Shown here: positions 39,350 to 47,220 of the stretch, piece by piece
Layout of the letters: each line of letters opens with the position of its first letter
How positions within the stretch are numbered: position 1 is the stretch's first letter
Source: an uncultured Pseudomonadota bacterium
Lineage (GTDB): Bacteria > Oederibacteriota > Muellerivitia > Muellerivitales > Muellerivitaceae
Direction: 5' to 3'
Assembly: GCA_963770835.1 (NCBI GenBank)
Contig: CAVYRH010000004.1
Span: forward strand, 96,001-160,000
Length of the DNA: 64,000 nucleotides
Program-made: the position numbers and the translations under genes
Notes under the pieces: model-generated
Told to the model about the DNA's origin: nothing
Database searches by the model: none
The model's input: the letters and a program-made list of their open reading frames with translations, nothing else

Positions 39350-40498
39350 ATGCGGTACCGTTGGCTGGGGAACACGGGGCTTCGGATCAGCGAAATCGGC
39401 TTTGGCGCTTGGGCGATCGGCGGAGCCTGGTGGGGCCCCCAAGATGACACGGACTCGCGCTTGGCGTTGCACCAGGCCCTCGATATGGGTTGCAATTTCA
39501 TCGATACCGCCTGGGTTTACGGCGACGGCCACAGTGAAAAGCTGATCGGCTCGGTCTTGAAGGAACGCGGCGAGCGGCCCGTAATCGCCACCAAGGTGCC
39601 ACCCAAGAACTGGCAATGGGACAACGAACCCGGCACCCCCCTCTCCGAGACCTTTCCGTCCGAATGGATAATCGCCAAAACCGAGGAATCCCTCCGGAAC
39701 CTGGGGCTCGATTGCGTGGACGTTCTCCAGCTCCATACTTGGTTGAAAGATTGGAACGCCCAGGCGGACCCGGTTTTGGAAACAGTCGCGCGGTTGAAGC
39801 GAGAGGGTAAAATCCGAGCCTTCGGCATTTCCCTGAGGGACAAGGGGCCGGAGGAGGCCAACGACCTCATCCGGTGGAGGCAGGTGGACAGCCTTCAGAT
39901 TTTCTTCAACCTTCTTTACCAGGACCCGCTCTGGAAAGTTTTCTCCCTTGCTAAAGAATACGGCGTGGGCATTATCGCCCGTGTTCCCATGGCTTTCGGC
40001 GCTTTGAGCGGCAAGTTCACCTCCAAGACCCGGTTTTACGGCGACGACCACCGCCGGAACCTTTACGTGGGGGAAGGTTTGACGACGACCCTGAAGAAAG
40101 TGGAAAAGTTAAAATTTCTAGCTTCCCGTGCTATGCCTTTGGCCGAGGCCGCCATCAAATGGACATTGGCCTACCCGGAGGTCTCCACCTCCATTCCCGG
40201 CATTCGCAATCCCCATCAGGCTCTCCTTAACTGCGCGGCGGGTGACGGTGCGCCGCTGGCACACGCGGCCGTTCAAAAGGCCGAAAAACTTTACAGGGCC
40301 AATTTCGGACTGCCGGTCAAGACCGTTGTAACCGAAGAGGGGGTACCCGCGGTATTAATGTCTGGGATCAAATTGGCGGCCAGGTTGCCCAGGAAGCCAG
40401 CCAAAACTCCCAAGAAAAAATCCCTCATCCGGAAAACTAAAACCGTGAAAAAGGTGGAGAAAAGGAAAAAGTCCACCCCTAAGAATAAACGCAAATGA
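39350..40498 (+). CDS. Aldo/keto reductase with Lys-rich C-terminal tail
   Basis: GGAGG RBS; LGNTGLRISEIGFGAW, FIDTAWVYGDGHSE, LQLH; tail RKPAKTPKKK...KNKRK. Confidence 0.93.
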   Translation: MRYRWLGNTGLRISEIGFGAWAIGGAWWGPQDDTDSRLALHQALDMGCNFIDTAWVYGDGHSEKLIGSVLKERGERPVIATKVPPKNWQWDNEPGTPLSETFPSEWIIAKTEESLRNLGLDCVDVLQLHTWLKDWNAQADPVLETVARLKREGKIRAFGISLRDKGPEEANDLIRWRQVDSLQIFFNLLYQDPLWKVFSLAKEYGVGIIARVPMAFGALSGKFTSKTRFYGDDHRRNLYVGEGLTTTLKKVEKLKFLASRAMPLAEAAIKWTLAYPEVSTSIPGIRNPHQALLNCAAGDGAPLAHAAVQKAEKLYRANFGLPVKTVVTEEGVPAVLMSGIKLAARLPRKPAKTPKKKSLIRKTKTVKKVEKRKKSTPKNKRK

Positions 40499-41070
40499 TC
40501 CAACCTTGGAAGAACAACAAAAATTGGATCGATTATGACTGCGGTTTTTTCCAGGTCCACGCGCACCAAAGCGAGTCTCCCACGACCGGAAAGGAACATC
40601 CCTTTTTCGTTCTTTCCACGAGGGATTGGATCAACGTGGTGGCCCTGACGAAGGACCGGAAAGTTGTTATGGTTTCCCAATACCGGCACGGTTCGGGAGA
40701 GGTGAGCCTGGAGATTCCCGGCGGGGCGGTGGATACGGGCGAACCGGCGGAGGAAGCGGCAAAACGGGAATTGCGCGAAGAAACAGGTTATGAGTCCTCC
40801 CAATGGCATTTTTTGGGGAGCGTCAGGCCCAATCCCGCGATTCTCAGTAATACTTGCTATCTTTATTTGGCTTTAGACGCCGAACGAACGTCGGAGTTGG
40901 ATTTGGATGAAGCGGAAGAACTGGAAGTGAGCTTACATGAACTGAAGGATGTTCCCGCAATGATCCGTGACGGCCGAATCCGGCATTCCCTCGTCGTGAC
41001 GGCCTTTTATTTTTACCAACTTTTTGAAAGGGAAGGGTCCCCCGCGAGGGGAGAAGGTAAAACCTTTTAA
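40495..41070 (+). CDS. NUDIX hydrolase (ADP-ribose pyrophosphatase-like)
   Basis: QYRH and Nudix box EIPGG...EEAAKRELREETG. Confidence 0.95.
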   Translation: MIQPWKNNKNWIDYDCGFFQVHAHQSESPTTGKEHPFFVLSTRDWINVVALTKDRKVVMVSQYRHGSGEVSLEIPGGAVDTGEPAEEAAKRELREETGYESSQWHFLGSVRPNPAILSNTCYLYLALDAERTSELDLDEAEELEVSLHELKDVPAMIRDGRIRHSLVVTAFYFYQLFEREGSPARGEGKTF

Positions 41071-41212
41071 GGATTTTTGCCTAATCTGTTACACTTTTAT
41101 GCGAAAGCAATTGGGGAAATGAAAAACACTCTTGCGATTCTGAAGTTTAGTGGCGTAGGATTAACCATAGGTTAAATTTAACATATCAGCCCTGATATGA
41201 AAGAGGTGTAAC

Positions 41213-41797
41213 ATGTCCCGTATTTGTGTTTTCATCGACGGAAGTAATCTCTACTTCGCCCTGAAGCGGAATAACAAGATGACCCGGGTGGATTATTATC
41301 AATTTTCCCTGGCCTTGGCCGGCGAGCGCCGGAAATTGGTCCGCACCTACTACTATAACGCTGTGTTCGACGCGACCCATTTCTCCGACAAGGCCAAGAG
41401 CCAACAATCCTTCTTCGACTCACTTGATCGGACGCCTTACCTGGAATTGCGGCTGGGGCGCATCATCCAAAACCGGGAAGGCCACCGGATGGAAAAGGGA
41501 GTGGACGTCCGCATGGCCGCCGACATGGTCTATTACGCCGCACGAGATTCCTACGACACGGCCATCGTGGTCACCGAGGACCAGGACTTTTCCCCCGCTA
41601 TGGCGTTGGTAAAAGAATTGGGGAAGCACGTTGAATTGGCGGTGTTCCCCGACGCCCAGAGCCGGGAAATGATTCGGGTGGCGGACAAGATCCTCAACCT
41701 TGAGGAAATCGTGAACGCCCATGCGGCCCATATCTTCCCGCCGACCCAAAACTCCGAGGAACGGGCACCTGACGCGGAAATGGCTTTTGGCGTTTAA
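41213..41797 (+). CDS. NYN-domain (LabA/DUF88, PIN-like) protein
   Basis: FIDGSNLY, EKGVDV..AADM, TEDQDF. Confidence 0.92.
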   Translation: MSRICVFIDGSNLYFALKRNNKMTRVDYYQFSLALAGERRKLVRTYYYNAVFDATHFSDKAKSQQSFFDSLDRTPYLELRLGRIIQNREGHRMEKGVDVRMAADMVYYAARDSYDTAIVVTEDQDFSPAMALVKELGKHVELAVFPDAQSREMIRVADKILNLEEIVNAHAAHIFPPTQNSEERAPDAEMAFGV

Positions 41798-41813
41798 CCG
41801 ATAAACCTTAGTA

Positions 41814-41854
41814 AAAAATAAAAACCCCCGGGAATTCCTGAGGGTTTTTATTTT
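41814..41854. terminator. Bidirectional terminator
   Basis: aaaataaaaaccc..ggaattcc..gggtttttatttt between convergent genes. Confidence 0.75.
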
Positions 41855-41970
41855 AGGGCCCATGTTCTTCAATTCCCCAGACCCGGCCACACGCATCCCG
41901 TCTTTGACCTATTTTTTGTCATTAAATGCTAAATGCAGTTTGGTCTTATTTGGTTCAAAAACTGCCGTTT

Positions 41971-42930
41971 TTAAAAAAGATCCAGTTGTTTATCCGAGAA
42001 AATGGCCTTCCAACGGTTTTGGTAACCCCACTTTTCCCGGAAATGTTTCACCTTCCGGTAAAGCGCTTCGGTGTAACTTTCCGGCGGGTAAGGGCGGGGG
42101 CCGTAAAGTTTTTTCGTCTGCTCGAAGGCGGTGCGGTTGAACTTTTGGAGGACGTAGTAATAGTAGCCCTTCACCACCTGCCCCCGGAGCCTTAGCACGT
42201 TATAGACAAAATAATCCACACCGATCTCCGAGGCCGCGCGGACCATTCCTTCGATGGCATCTTCCGTATCCGTGATGAAAGGAATAATCGGCATCAAATG
42301 GATGCCGCAAGGAATTCCGTGGGCTTTCAACCGACGGAGCGCCTCGAGCCGCCTTTCGATGGGGACCGCATGGGGCTCCAAAAATTTCTGCAAGCGGGGA
42401 TCCAGGGTCGTCAGGGTCATGGCGACGCCCCCGTTGGCCTTTTCCACCAATTCCTTTAACACATCCAAGTCCCTCAAGACGAGGTCCGACTTGGTCGAAA
42501 AGACCGCCGGCCAGCCATACTTGGCCAGGAGCTTAAAGGCCCCCCGGGCCAAACCGTATTTTTTTTCGGCGGGTTGGTAAGGATCAGTGGCTGCACCCAA
42601 GGTAACCCAGTCCCTTTTTCGGCGCGGGTTTGAGAGTTCCTCCTCCAGCACCTCCAAAAGATTCACCTTGACCTGAATCTTTCGTTGGAAATCGAAAGAG
42701 TTTTGGAAGCCCAGGAACCAATGGGTGTAACGCGCAAAACAGAAAGGGCAGCCGTGGCGGCTGCCCCGGTAGAGGTTGAGGGAGTAGTAAAAAGGCTTGG
42801 GGCTGTATGGAAGCCGCGTGTGGTGAAGGGCGGATTTCACCTTGATCTCGATGTACTCCACTTCGCGCGGGTCGTCGTCGACCTCGGCATAGGTGGGTGA
42901 ATAGGAAGTGGAGAGAAAGGGCTCTTTCAA
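41971..42930 (-). CDS. Radical SAM protein, SplB/Rv2578c-like DNA-repair-associated family (first motif Cys replaced by Ser)
   Basis: NLYRGSRHGCPFCFARYTH, TDPYQPAE, TKSDLVLRDLD, LEPHA...RRL, PIIPFITD; TTG start at 42930 after a GGGGG RBS. Confidence 0.88.
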   Translation of the reverse strand: MKEPFLSTSYSPTYAEVDDDPREVEYIEIKVKSALHHTRLPYSPKPFYYSLNLYRGSRHGCPFCFARYTHWFLGFQNSFDFQRKIQVKVNLLEVLEEELSNPRRKRDWVTLGAATDPYQPAEKKYGLARGAFKLLAKYGWPAVFSTKSDLVLRDLDVLKELVEKANGGVAMTLTTLDPRLQKFLEPHAVPIERRLEALRRLKAHGIPCGIHLMPIIPFITDTEDAIEGMVRAASEIGVDYFVYNVLRLRGQVVKGYYYYVLQKFNRTAFEQTKKLYGPRPYPPESYTEALYRKVKHFREKWGYQNRWKAIFSDKQLDLF

Positions 42931-42947
42931 CGGATCCCCCGCGTGTT

Positions 42948-43436
42948 TTACGCGTTGAAACGGGGGTTTTGATAGAGAAAGAAGAGGCTGGGAGAAAAAT
43001 AGCCGGACCCGGCCTCTCCGCGTCGGATGGAATCGGCCACTTCGAGGAAGGACCGGGTGGATTCCAAGAGCTTTTCCGGCGGCACCAACTTGATCGATAG
43101 AGGTTCGTCCTCCCAAAGGTCCTTGTAATCTTTTCCAACGGGAGCGGATTTTTCCTTGAGGAACCTCAGGAATTCCGCCAGCGAAGGTGTTTTTTTCAGG
43201 GAGACCCGCGCACGAAGTCCCTCGGGCCAAATCAAGAAATCCAATAGCTCGTAATCGCCCACCATTTCGCCTTGAAGCAAAGCCTGGACTAGTCGGTGGG
43301 CATTGGGGAGGTCCTTCAACCAAGAAGAAGCCGCTCGAATTGAAACTTCATAAACTACGTTTCTTCGGGAGAAAGGAGAATAGGAGGAGGGAGATTCCCG
43401 AACTAAAGGAAATGAAGGGGATGAAAGGTAAGTCAT
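42948..43436 (-). CDS. Inactive-looking Y1 (HUH) transposase/RAYT-fold protein
   Basis: Strong AAGGAGGTG RBS; blocks YEVS, YELLDFLIWPEGLR, SLAEFLRFLK..SA and LWE align by eye to RAYT YFVT, F.L.AFVIMPDHLH, LS..M..LK..SA and LWQ, but the HUH His residues and catalytic Tyr are absent. Confidence 0.7.
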   Translation of the reverse strand: MTYLSSPSFPLVRESPSSYSPFSRRNVVYEVSIRAASSWLKDLPNAHRLVQALLQGEMVGDYELLDFLIWPEGLRARVSLKKTPSLAEFLRFLKEKSAPVGKDYKDLWEDEPLSIKLVPPEKLLESTRSFLEVADSIRRGEAGSGYFSPSLFFLYQNPRFNA

Positions 43437-43453
43437 TAAGCACCTCCTTGAAA

Positions 43454-43533
43454 AGCAGATGTCAGTTGCCAGCCTTTAGGAGTGGGCCTCCCAAAGCCAG
43501 TTAATCTATCGCTGATAACTGACGGCCGATAGC
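43454..43533. repeat. Heptamer-type imperfect inverted repeat downstream of lexA
   Basis: agcagatgtcagttgccagc (43454-43473) and gctgataactgacggccgatagc (43511-43533). Confidence 0.55.
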
Positions 43534-43538
43534 GGTTG

Positions 43539-44156
43539 TTAACGCGGGCTGAAAACGCCGACGACCTTGCCGATGATCCGGAAATCCTGGGTTTCGTTCA
43601 CCACGATGGGCTGGTATTTCGGATTGGCGGGTTCCAAGACCACCTTGGAACTGGTTTTGCGGAAGGTTTTCACCGTTGCCTCGCCCTCGATTAGGGCTAC
43701 CACGATCTCCCCCGGAGAAGCGTGGCTGGTTTGCTGGACGATCACCTTGTCGCCCGGAAGGATATGGGCGTTTATCATCGAATCCCCTTTGACGGTCAGG
43801 GCGAACAAGCTTCTTCCGCCGCGGGCCATCGAAGGGTCGACCACCATCGTGCTCTCGCGGTTTTCTTCCGCCAAAAGGGGAAGACCGGCGGCGACCTTGC
43901 CCAGCACGGGGATGGAAAGGCCAACGGTGGAGTCATCCACTAATTTCAAACCACGTGCCGTATGGTCCTCTCGTTCCAAATAACCTTTTTCCTCAAGAGC
44001 CAGCAGATGTTTGCGCGCGCTTTGGGGGGAGTTCCATTTGAAATGCCGCATGACTTCCCGAACGGTGGGCGGGCGGTGCGTCTCGGTCAGGTGGCTTTGG
44101 ACGTACTTCAACACTTCACGCTGGATGTCGGTCAGGCTTTCTTCGTTTGAGGCCAT
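43539..44156 (-). CDS. lexA: SOS transcriptional repressor LexA
   Basis: LT..Q..VL, PPTVRE wHTH, cleavage site VAAG, catalytic GDSM Ser and ATVK Lys; GGAGGA RBS. Confidence 0.97.
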   Translation of the reverse strand: MASNEESLTDIQREVLKYVQSHLTETHRPPTVREVMRHFKWNSPQSARKHLLALEEKGYLEREDHTARGLKLVDDSTVGLSIPVLGKVAAGLPLLAEENRESTMVVDPSMARGGRSLFALTVKGDSMINAHILPGDKVIVQQTSHASPGEIVVALIEGEATVKTFRKTSSKVVLEPANPKYQPIVVNETQDFRIIGKVVGVFSPR

Positions 44157-44176
44157 GGAGTCCTCCAAAAAATTTC

Positions 44177-44226
44177 TTGAAATGGAATACGGTTGTATAC
44201 TAGTATACGAGCGTATTCTTCGTCAA
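44177..44226. promoter_or_regulatory. Symmetric bidirectional promoter with two tandem candidate LexA boxes
   Basis: TTGAAA-18-TAGTAT on + and TTGACG-18-TAGTAT on -; boxes GAATAC-GGTT-GTATAC (44185-44200) and GTATAC-GAGC-GTATTC (44203-44218). Confidence 0.75.
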
Positions 44227-44247
44227 GGGAAAAGTGGAGGTGGCGGC

Positions 44248-44976
44248 ATGGTGGAAATGGATGTCCAAAACACGATCGGCGTGGAAATAGCCCGGGAAAA
44301 GAGGCCGGATTACCTGGGCCACCGCAAGCGCCTCCGGGAAAAATACGGCGCCGAAGGGGCTTCGGCGCTCCAGGATTACGAACTGCTGGAACTGCTTCTC
44401 TCCTTTTCCATTCCCCATCGGGACACCAAGCCTTACGCGAAGAGGCTGCTGGCGGTCTTCACGAACGTGCGGCGGATCCTGGAGGCGGATGTGACGGCCC
44501 TCCAAACCCTCGGGGAACTGCCGCCCCAAAGCGCCCTGCATTTCAGGGCCATGGGCGACCTCTTCCGCCTGGCCCACCAGGAGGAATTCAAGCGGGGCCG
44601 CTCCGTCGGCGGACCGGAGGACGTGGCGGCTTTCTTGAGGGAGCAAATCGGTAGCCGTCCCCGGGAAGTTTTCACCGCGCTGTTCATGGACCACCGCAAC
44701 CACCTTTTGGCCTTCGAGCACCTGCAGGAAGGCACGGTGGACCACACCGCCGTTTATCCCCGGGAAATTTTAAGACGCGCCCTAGACCTCCACGCCACGG
44801 GGATCATCCTGGCCCACAACCATCCCGCGGGAAGCCTGGAGCCCTCCGAAGGAGATAAGCAATTGACCCGGCAGGTCCTGACCGCAGCCCGCGCCATGGG
44901 CATCACGGTGCACGACCATTTGATCCTCGCTACCGAGGGGTATTTCTCGTTCCGGCAAGCGGGGTTATTGGTATGA
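44248..44976 (+). CDS. radC: RadC (JAB/MPN domain) family protein
   Basis: GHRKRLR, DYELLELLL, GTVDHTAVYPRE, AHNHPAG, HDHLI; GGAGG RBS. Confidence 0.95.
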   Translation: MVEMDVQNTIGVEIAREKRPDYLGHRKRLREKYGAEGASALQDYELLELLLSFSIPHRDTKPYAKRLLAVFTNVRRILEADVTALQTLGELPPQSALHFRAMGDLFRLAHQEEFKRGRSVGGPEDVAAFLREQIGSRPREVFTALFMDHRNHLLAFEHLQEGTVDHTAVYPREILRRALDLHATGIILAHNHPAGSLEPSEGDKQLTRQVLTAARAMGITVHDHLILATEGYFSFRQAGLLV

Positions 44977-45317
44977 GTGAAGCACTAAACGGTTTAGAGG
45001 ATTTTCCCAATGAACTACATGTGCTGATGAAATTCCATATGCAAATAGGCAGGTGGCCCCAAGATTCAGGGGAACTTTGCGCTTACGAAGAATGCGAAGG
45101 GATTCCCTTAAACATCACCAATTATCCCATGGTGTTTTCTGGGGATCCTTTTTCAAGCAAATTGAAAATCCAACTGCTCAAAATCGATGAAAAACTAGAA
45201 AAAAGCGTTCCATTTGGCGAGCTCGAATTTGGAGTCTCGATCCAAAAGGGGCAGTTGGTTGAAGAGGCGGTCAACGCGAAGTTTAAAAGTTATTTTTGCG
45301 CGTATCGAAAGTACTGA
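44973..45317 (+). CDS. Hypothetical protein (lower GC), coupled to radC
   Basis: ATGA overlap with the radC stop; 114-aa open frame. Confidence 0.55.
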   Translation: MSEALNGLEDFPNELHVLMKFHMQIGRWPQDSGELCAYEECEGIPLNITNYPMVFSGDPFSSKLKIQLLKIDEKLEKSVPFGELEFGVSIQKGQLVEEAVNAKFKSYFCAYRKY

Positions 45318-45329
45318 TAGGAGGAAGTC

Positions 45330-45716
45330 ATGAAAGAAATTAAGTCGTCGCTGGAGAAAATCCTGAAGGTCACCAGCATCTTCCGGCTGGAAAAAAGGAA
45401 ATGGCCCCTTCACGCCGCCGAGCTCCAATCCTTCGCGCTGGAACTGGGGAAGTCATTGGATTTCTCCAAGTTCCACCGCTGCCGCTTTGTCATCAAGTCC
45501 AACCAGGAAATGGTCCTGGATTTTTGCCTCTCGCCGTCGGGAGACGGCTGGGCGCCGCGGGGGGCCATGGAAGTGAGGGTTCCGGGACTGGAAAAAGAGG
45601 ACACACTTCCCATGCAGGTGGAAATAAAAGACCTGGCGCCCCAGAAGGTGGAGGCCAGGTCTTATTGTTCTGTCCCGAATTATTATGAGGAGGAGGCGCG
45701 AAAGATCTCAGCCTAA
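45330..45716 (+). CDS. Hypothetical protein
   Basis: AGGAGG RBS; 128-aa open frame. Confidence 0.65.
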   Translation: MKEIKSSLEKILKVTSIFRLEKRKWPLHAAELQSFALELGKSLDFSKFHRCRFVIKSNQEMVLDFCLSPSGDGWAPRGAMEVRVPGLEKEDTLPMQVEIKDLAPQKVEARSYCSVPNYYEEEARKISA

Positions 45717-45733
45717 CGGTTGGAAAACTTTAA

Positions 45734-45873
45734 CAGGATGATGAAAAAGTCCAAACGGCGGACTTTTTCGTATCCGTGTCGCGAATCATCCCTTGAAAAA
45801 CAAGGGATTTAAGGCGATTCGCTCCTAGCCCGTGGCTGTAGACAGGGTGGAAAAAGACTTTTTCAGCACCCTG
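45734..45873. mobile_element. MITE, 140 bp, flanked by TTAA
   Basis: Terminal repeats CAGGATGATGAAAAAGTC / GACTTTTTCAGCACCCTG (2 mismatches); TTAA on both sides (45730-45733 and 45874-45877). Confidence 0.75.
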
Positions 45874-45906
45874 TTAAACCTTGGCGGCCGGGAATCCTTC
45901 AACACT

Positions 45907-46719
45907 TCAAGCTTGGGCCGCCGGTGCGCCTTCTTCTTTCTTATCTTCCAAATGCATGCCCACGATGTTGGCGCCGGCATCCACATAGATGATCTCACCG
46001 GTAACGCCCGAGGACCAGGAGGAAGCCAAATAGGTGGCGGTGGAGCCTACCTCGTCCTGGCTGACATTGCGTTTCAGGGGCGTCATTTCCCCCGCGGCTT
46101 TCATCATGGTCTTGATTCCGCCGACGGCTGAGGCGGCCAGGGTCTTGATGGGGCCGGCCGAAATGGCGTTGACGCGGATATTCTTGGGGCCCAGGTCGTA
46201 GGCCAGGTAGCGCACATTGGCTTCCAAGGCGGCTTTCGCCACCCCCATGATGTTGTAGTTGGGGATGACCTTGACGGCGCCGTAATAGGTCAGGGCGATG
46301 ATACTGGCGCCATCGTTCAGCAAGGGAACGGCGGGACGGGTGATGGCGATCAGGCTATAGGCCGAGATATCCATGGCCAGGTGGAAGCCGGCGCGGCTGG
46401 TATTCGTAAAGGTCCCCGAAAGGTCCTCTTTATTGGCGAAGGCGATGCAATGGATCAGGATGTCGAACTTGCCCCAGGCCTTTTCCACTTCTTTATAGAG
46501 GGCTTCGATCTGGTCATCCTTGGAAACGTCGCAGGGAAGGATCAGCTTGGCGCCGACCGATTCGGCCAGGGGACGGACGCGCTTTTCCAGGGCCTCCCCC
46601 AGGAAATTAAAGCCGAGTTCGGCTCCCTCCGCGTGGAAGGCCTTGGCGATGCCCCATGCGATGGAACGGTCGTTGGCCACCCCGAAGATGAAAGCTTTTT
46701 TCCCCGACAGTAATCCCAT
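45907..46719 (-). CDS. fabI: Enoyl-ACP reductase
   Basis: GVANDRSIAWGIA, DISAYSL, YNIMGVAKAALE, NAISAGPIKTLA. Confidence 0.97.
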   Translation of the reverse strand: MGLLSGKKAFIFGVANDRSIAWGIAKAFHAEGAELGFNFLGEALEKRVRPLAESVGAKLILPCDVSKDDQIEALYKEVEKAWGKFDILIHCIAFANKEDLSGTFTNTSRAGFHLAMDISAYSLIAITRPAVPLLNDGASIIALTYYGAVKVIPNYNIMGVAKAALEANVRYLAYDLGPKNIRVNAISAGPIKTLAASAVGGIKTMMKAAGEMTPLKRNVSQDEVGSTATYLASSWSSGVTGEIIYVDAGANIVGMHLEDKKEEGAPAAQA

Positions 46720-46900
46720 GTCCCTTCCTCCCTAAAATTAACCGGTTGTGAACTTAGCGGTAATGATGCCGCCCCCCGCGTAACGGGCCCCATAACTTAA
46801 CGGTTTTTACTGGGAGTTTAAAGCCAAAAAGAGGGTGCTTTTTCATGATTTGTTGAAGAATAATAGCCTCTGTTTTTCAAAACCTCCGGAGGAAAAAGGA

Positions 46901-47203
46901 ATGATTAAGCATGTTGTCCTTTGGAAATTGAAAGAGAACGTTGAGGGGAAGTCCAAAGTAGAAATGGCGCGGGAACTCAAGGCGGCGCTGGAGGGGTTAA
47001 AGGGAAAAGTAATGGAAATCCAATCCCTGGAAGTAGGCCTCAACTTCAACCCGGCGGACACGGCCTGCGACCTTTCCCTTTATACCGAATTCAAGAGCCG
47101 GGAGGATTTGGACAAGTACCAGAAGCATCCGGAACATTTGAAGGTGGCGGAACTGGTAAAAAAGATGACGGTGGAACGCCGGGTGTCGGATTATGAAATT
47201 TAG
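46901..47203 (+). CDS. Dabb family (stress-responsive A/B barrel) protein
   Basis: MIKHVVLWKLK...YQKHPEH...DYE. Confidence 0.92.
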   Translation: MIKHVVLWKLKENVEGKSKVEMARELKAALEGLKGKVMEIQSLEVGLNFNPADTACDLSLYTEFKSREDLDKYQKHPEHLKVAELVKKMTVERRVSDYEI

Positions 47204-47220
47204 AAGATAAGGAGCCTTTT

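Noticed and set aside
42931..43323. N-terminal extension of the 450-aa radical SAM ORF
   Set aside because: Overlaps the Y1-like gene in another frame; the family-like sequence and an RBS/TTG begin near 42930
42948..43436. Active IS200/IS605 insertion sequence
   Set aside because: HUH and catalytic Tyr are missing, there is no tnpB, and no IS-end hairpins were recognised
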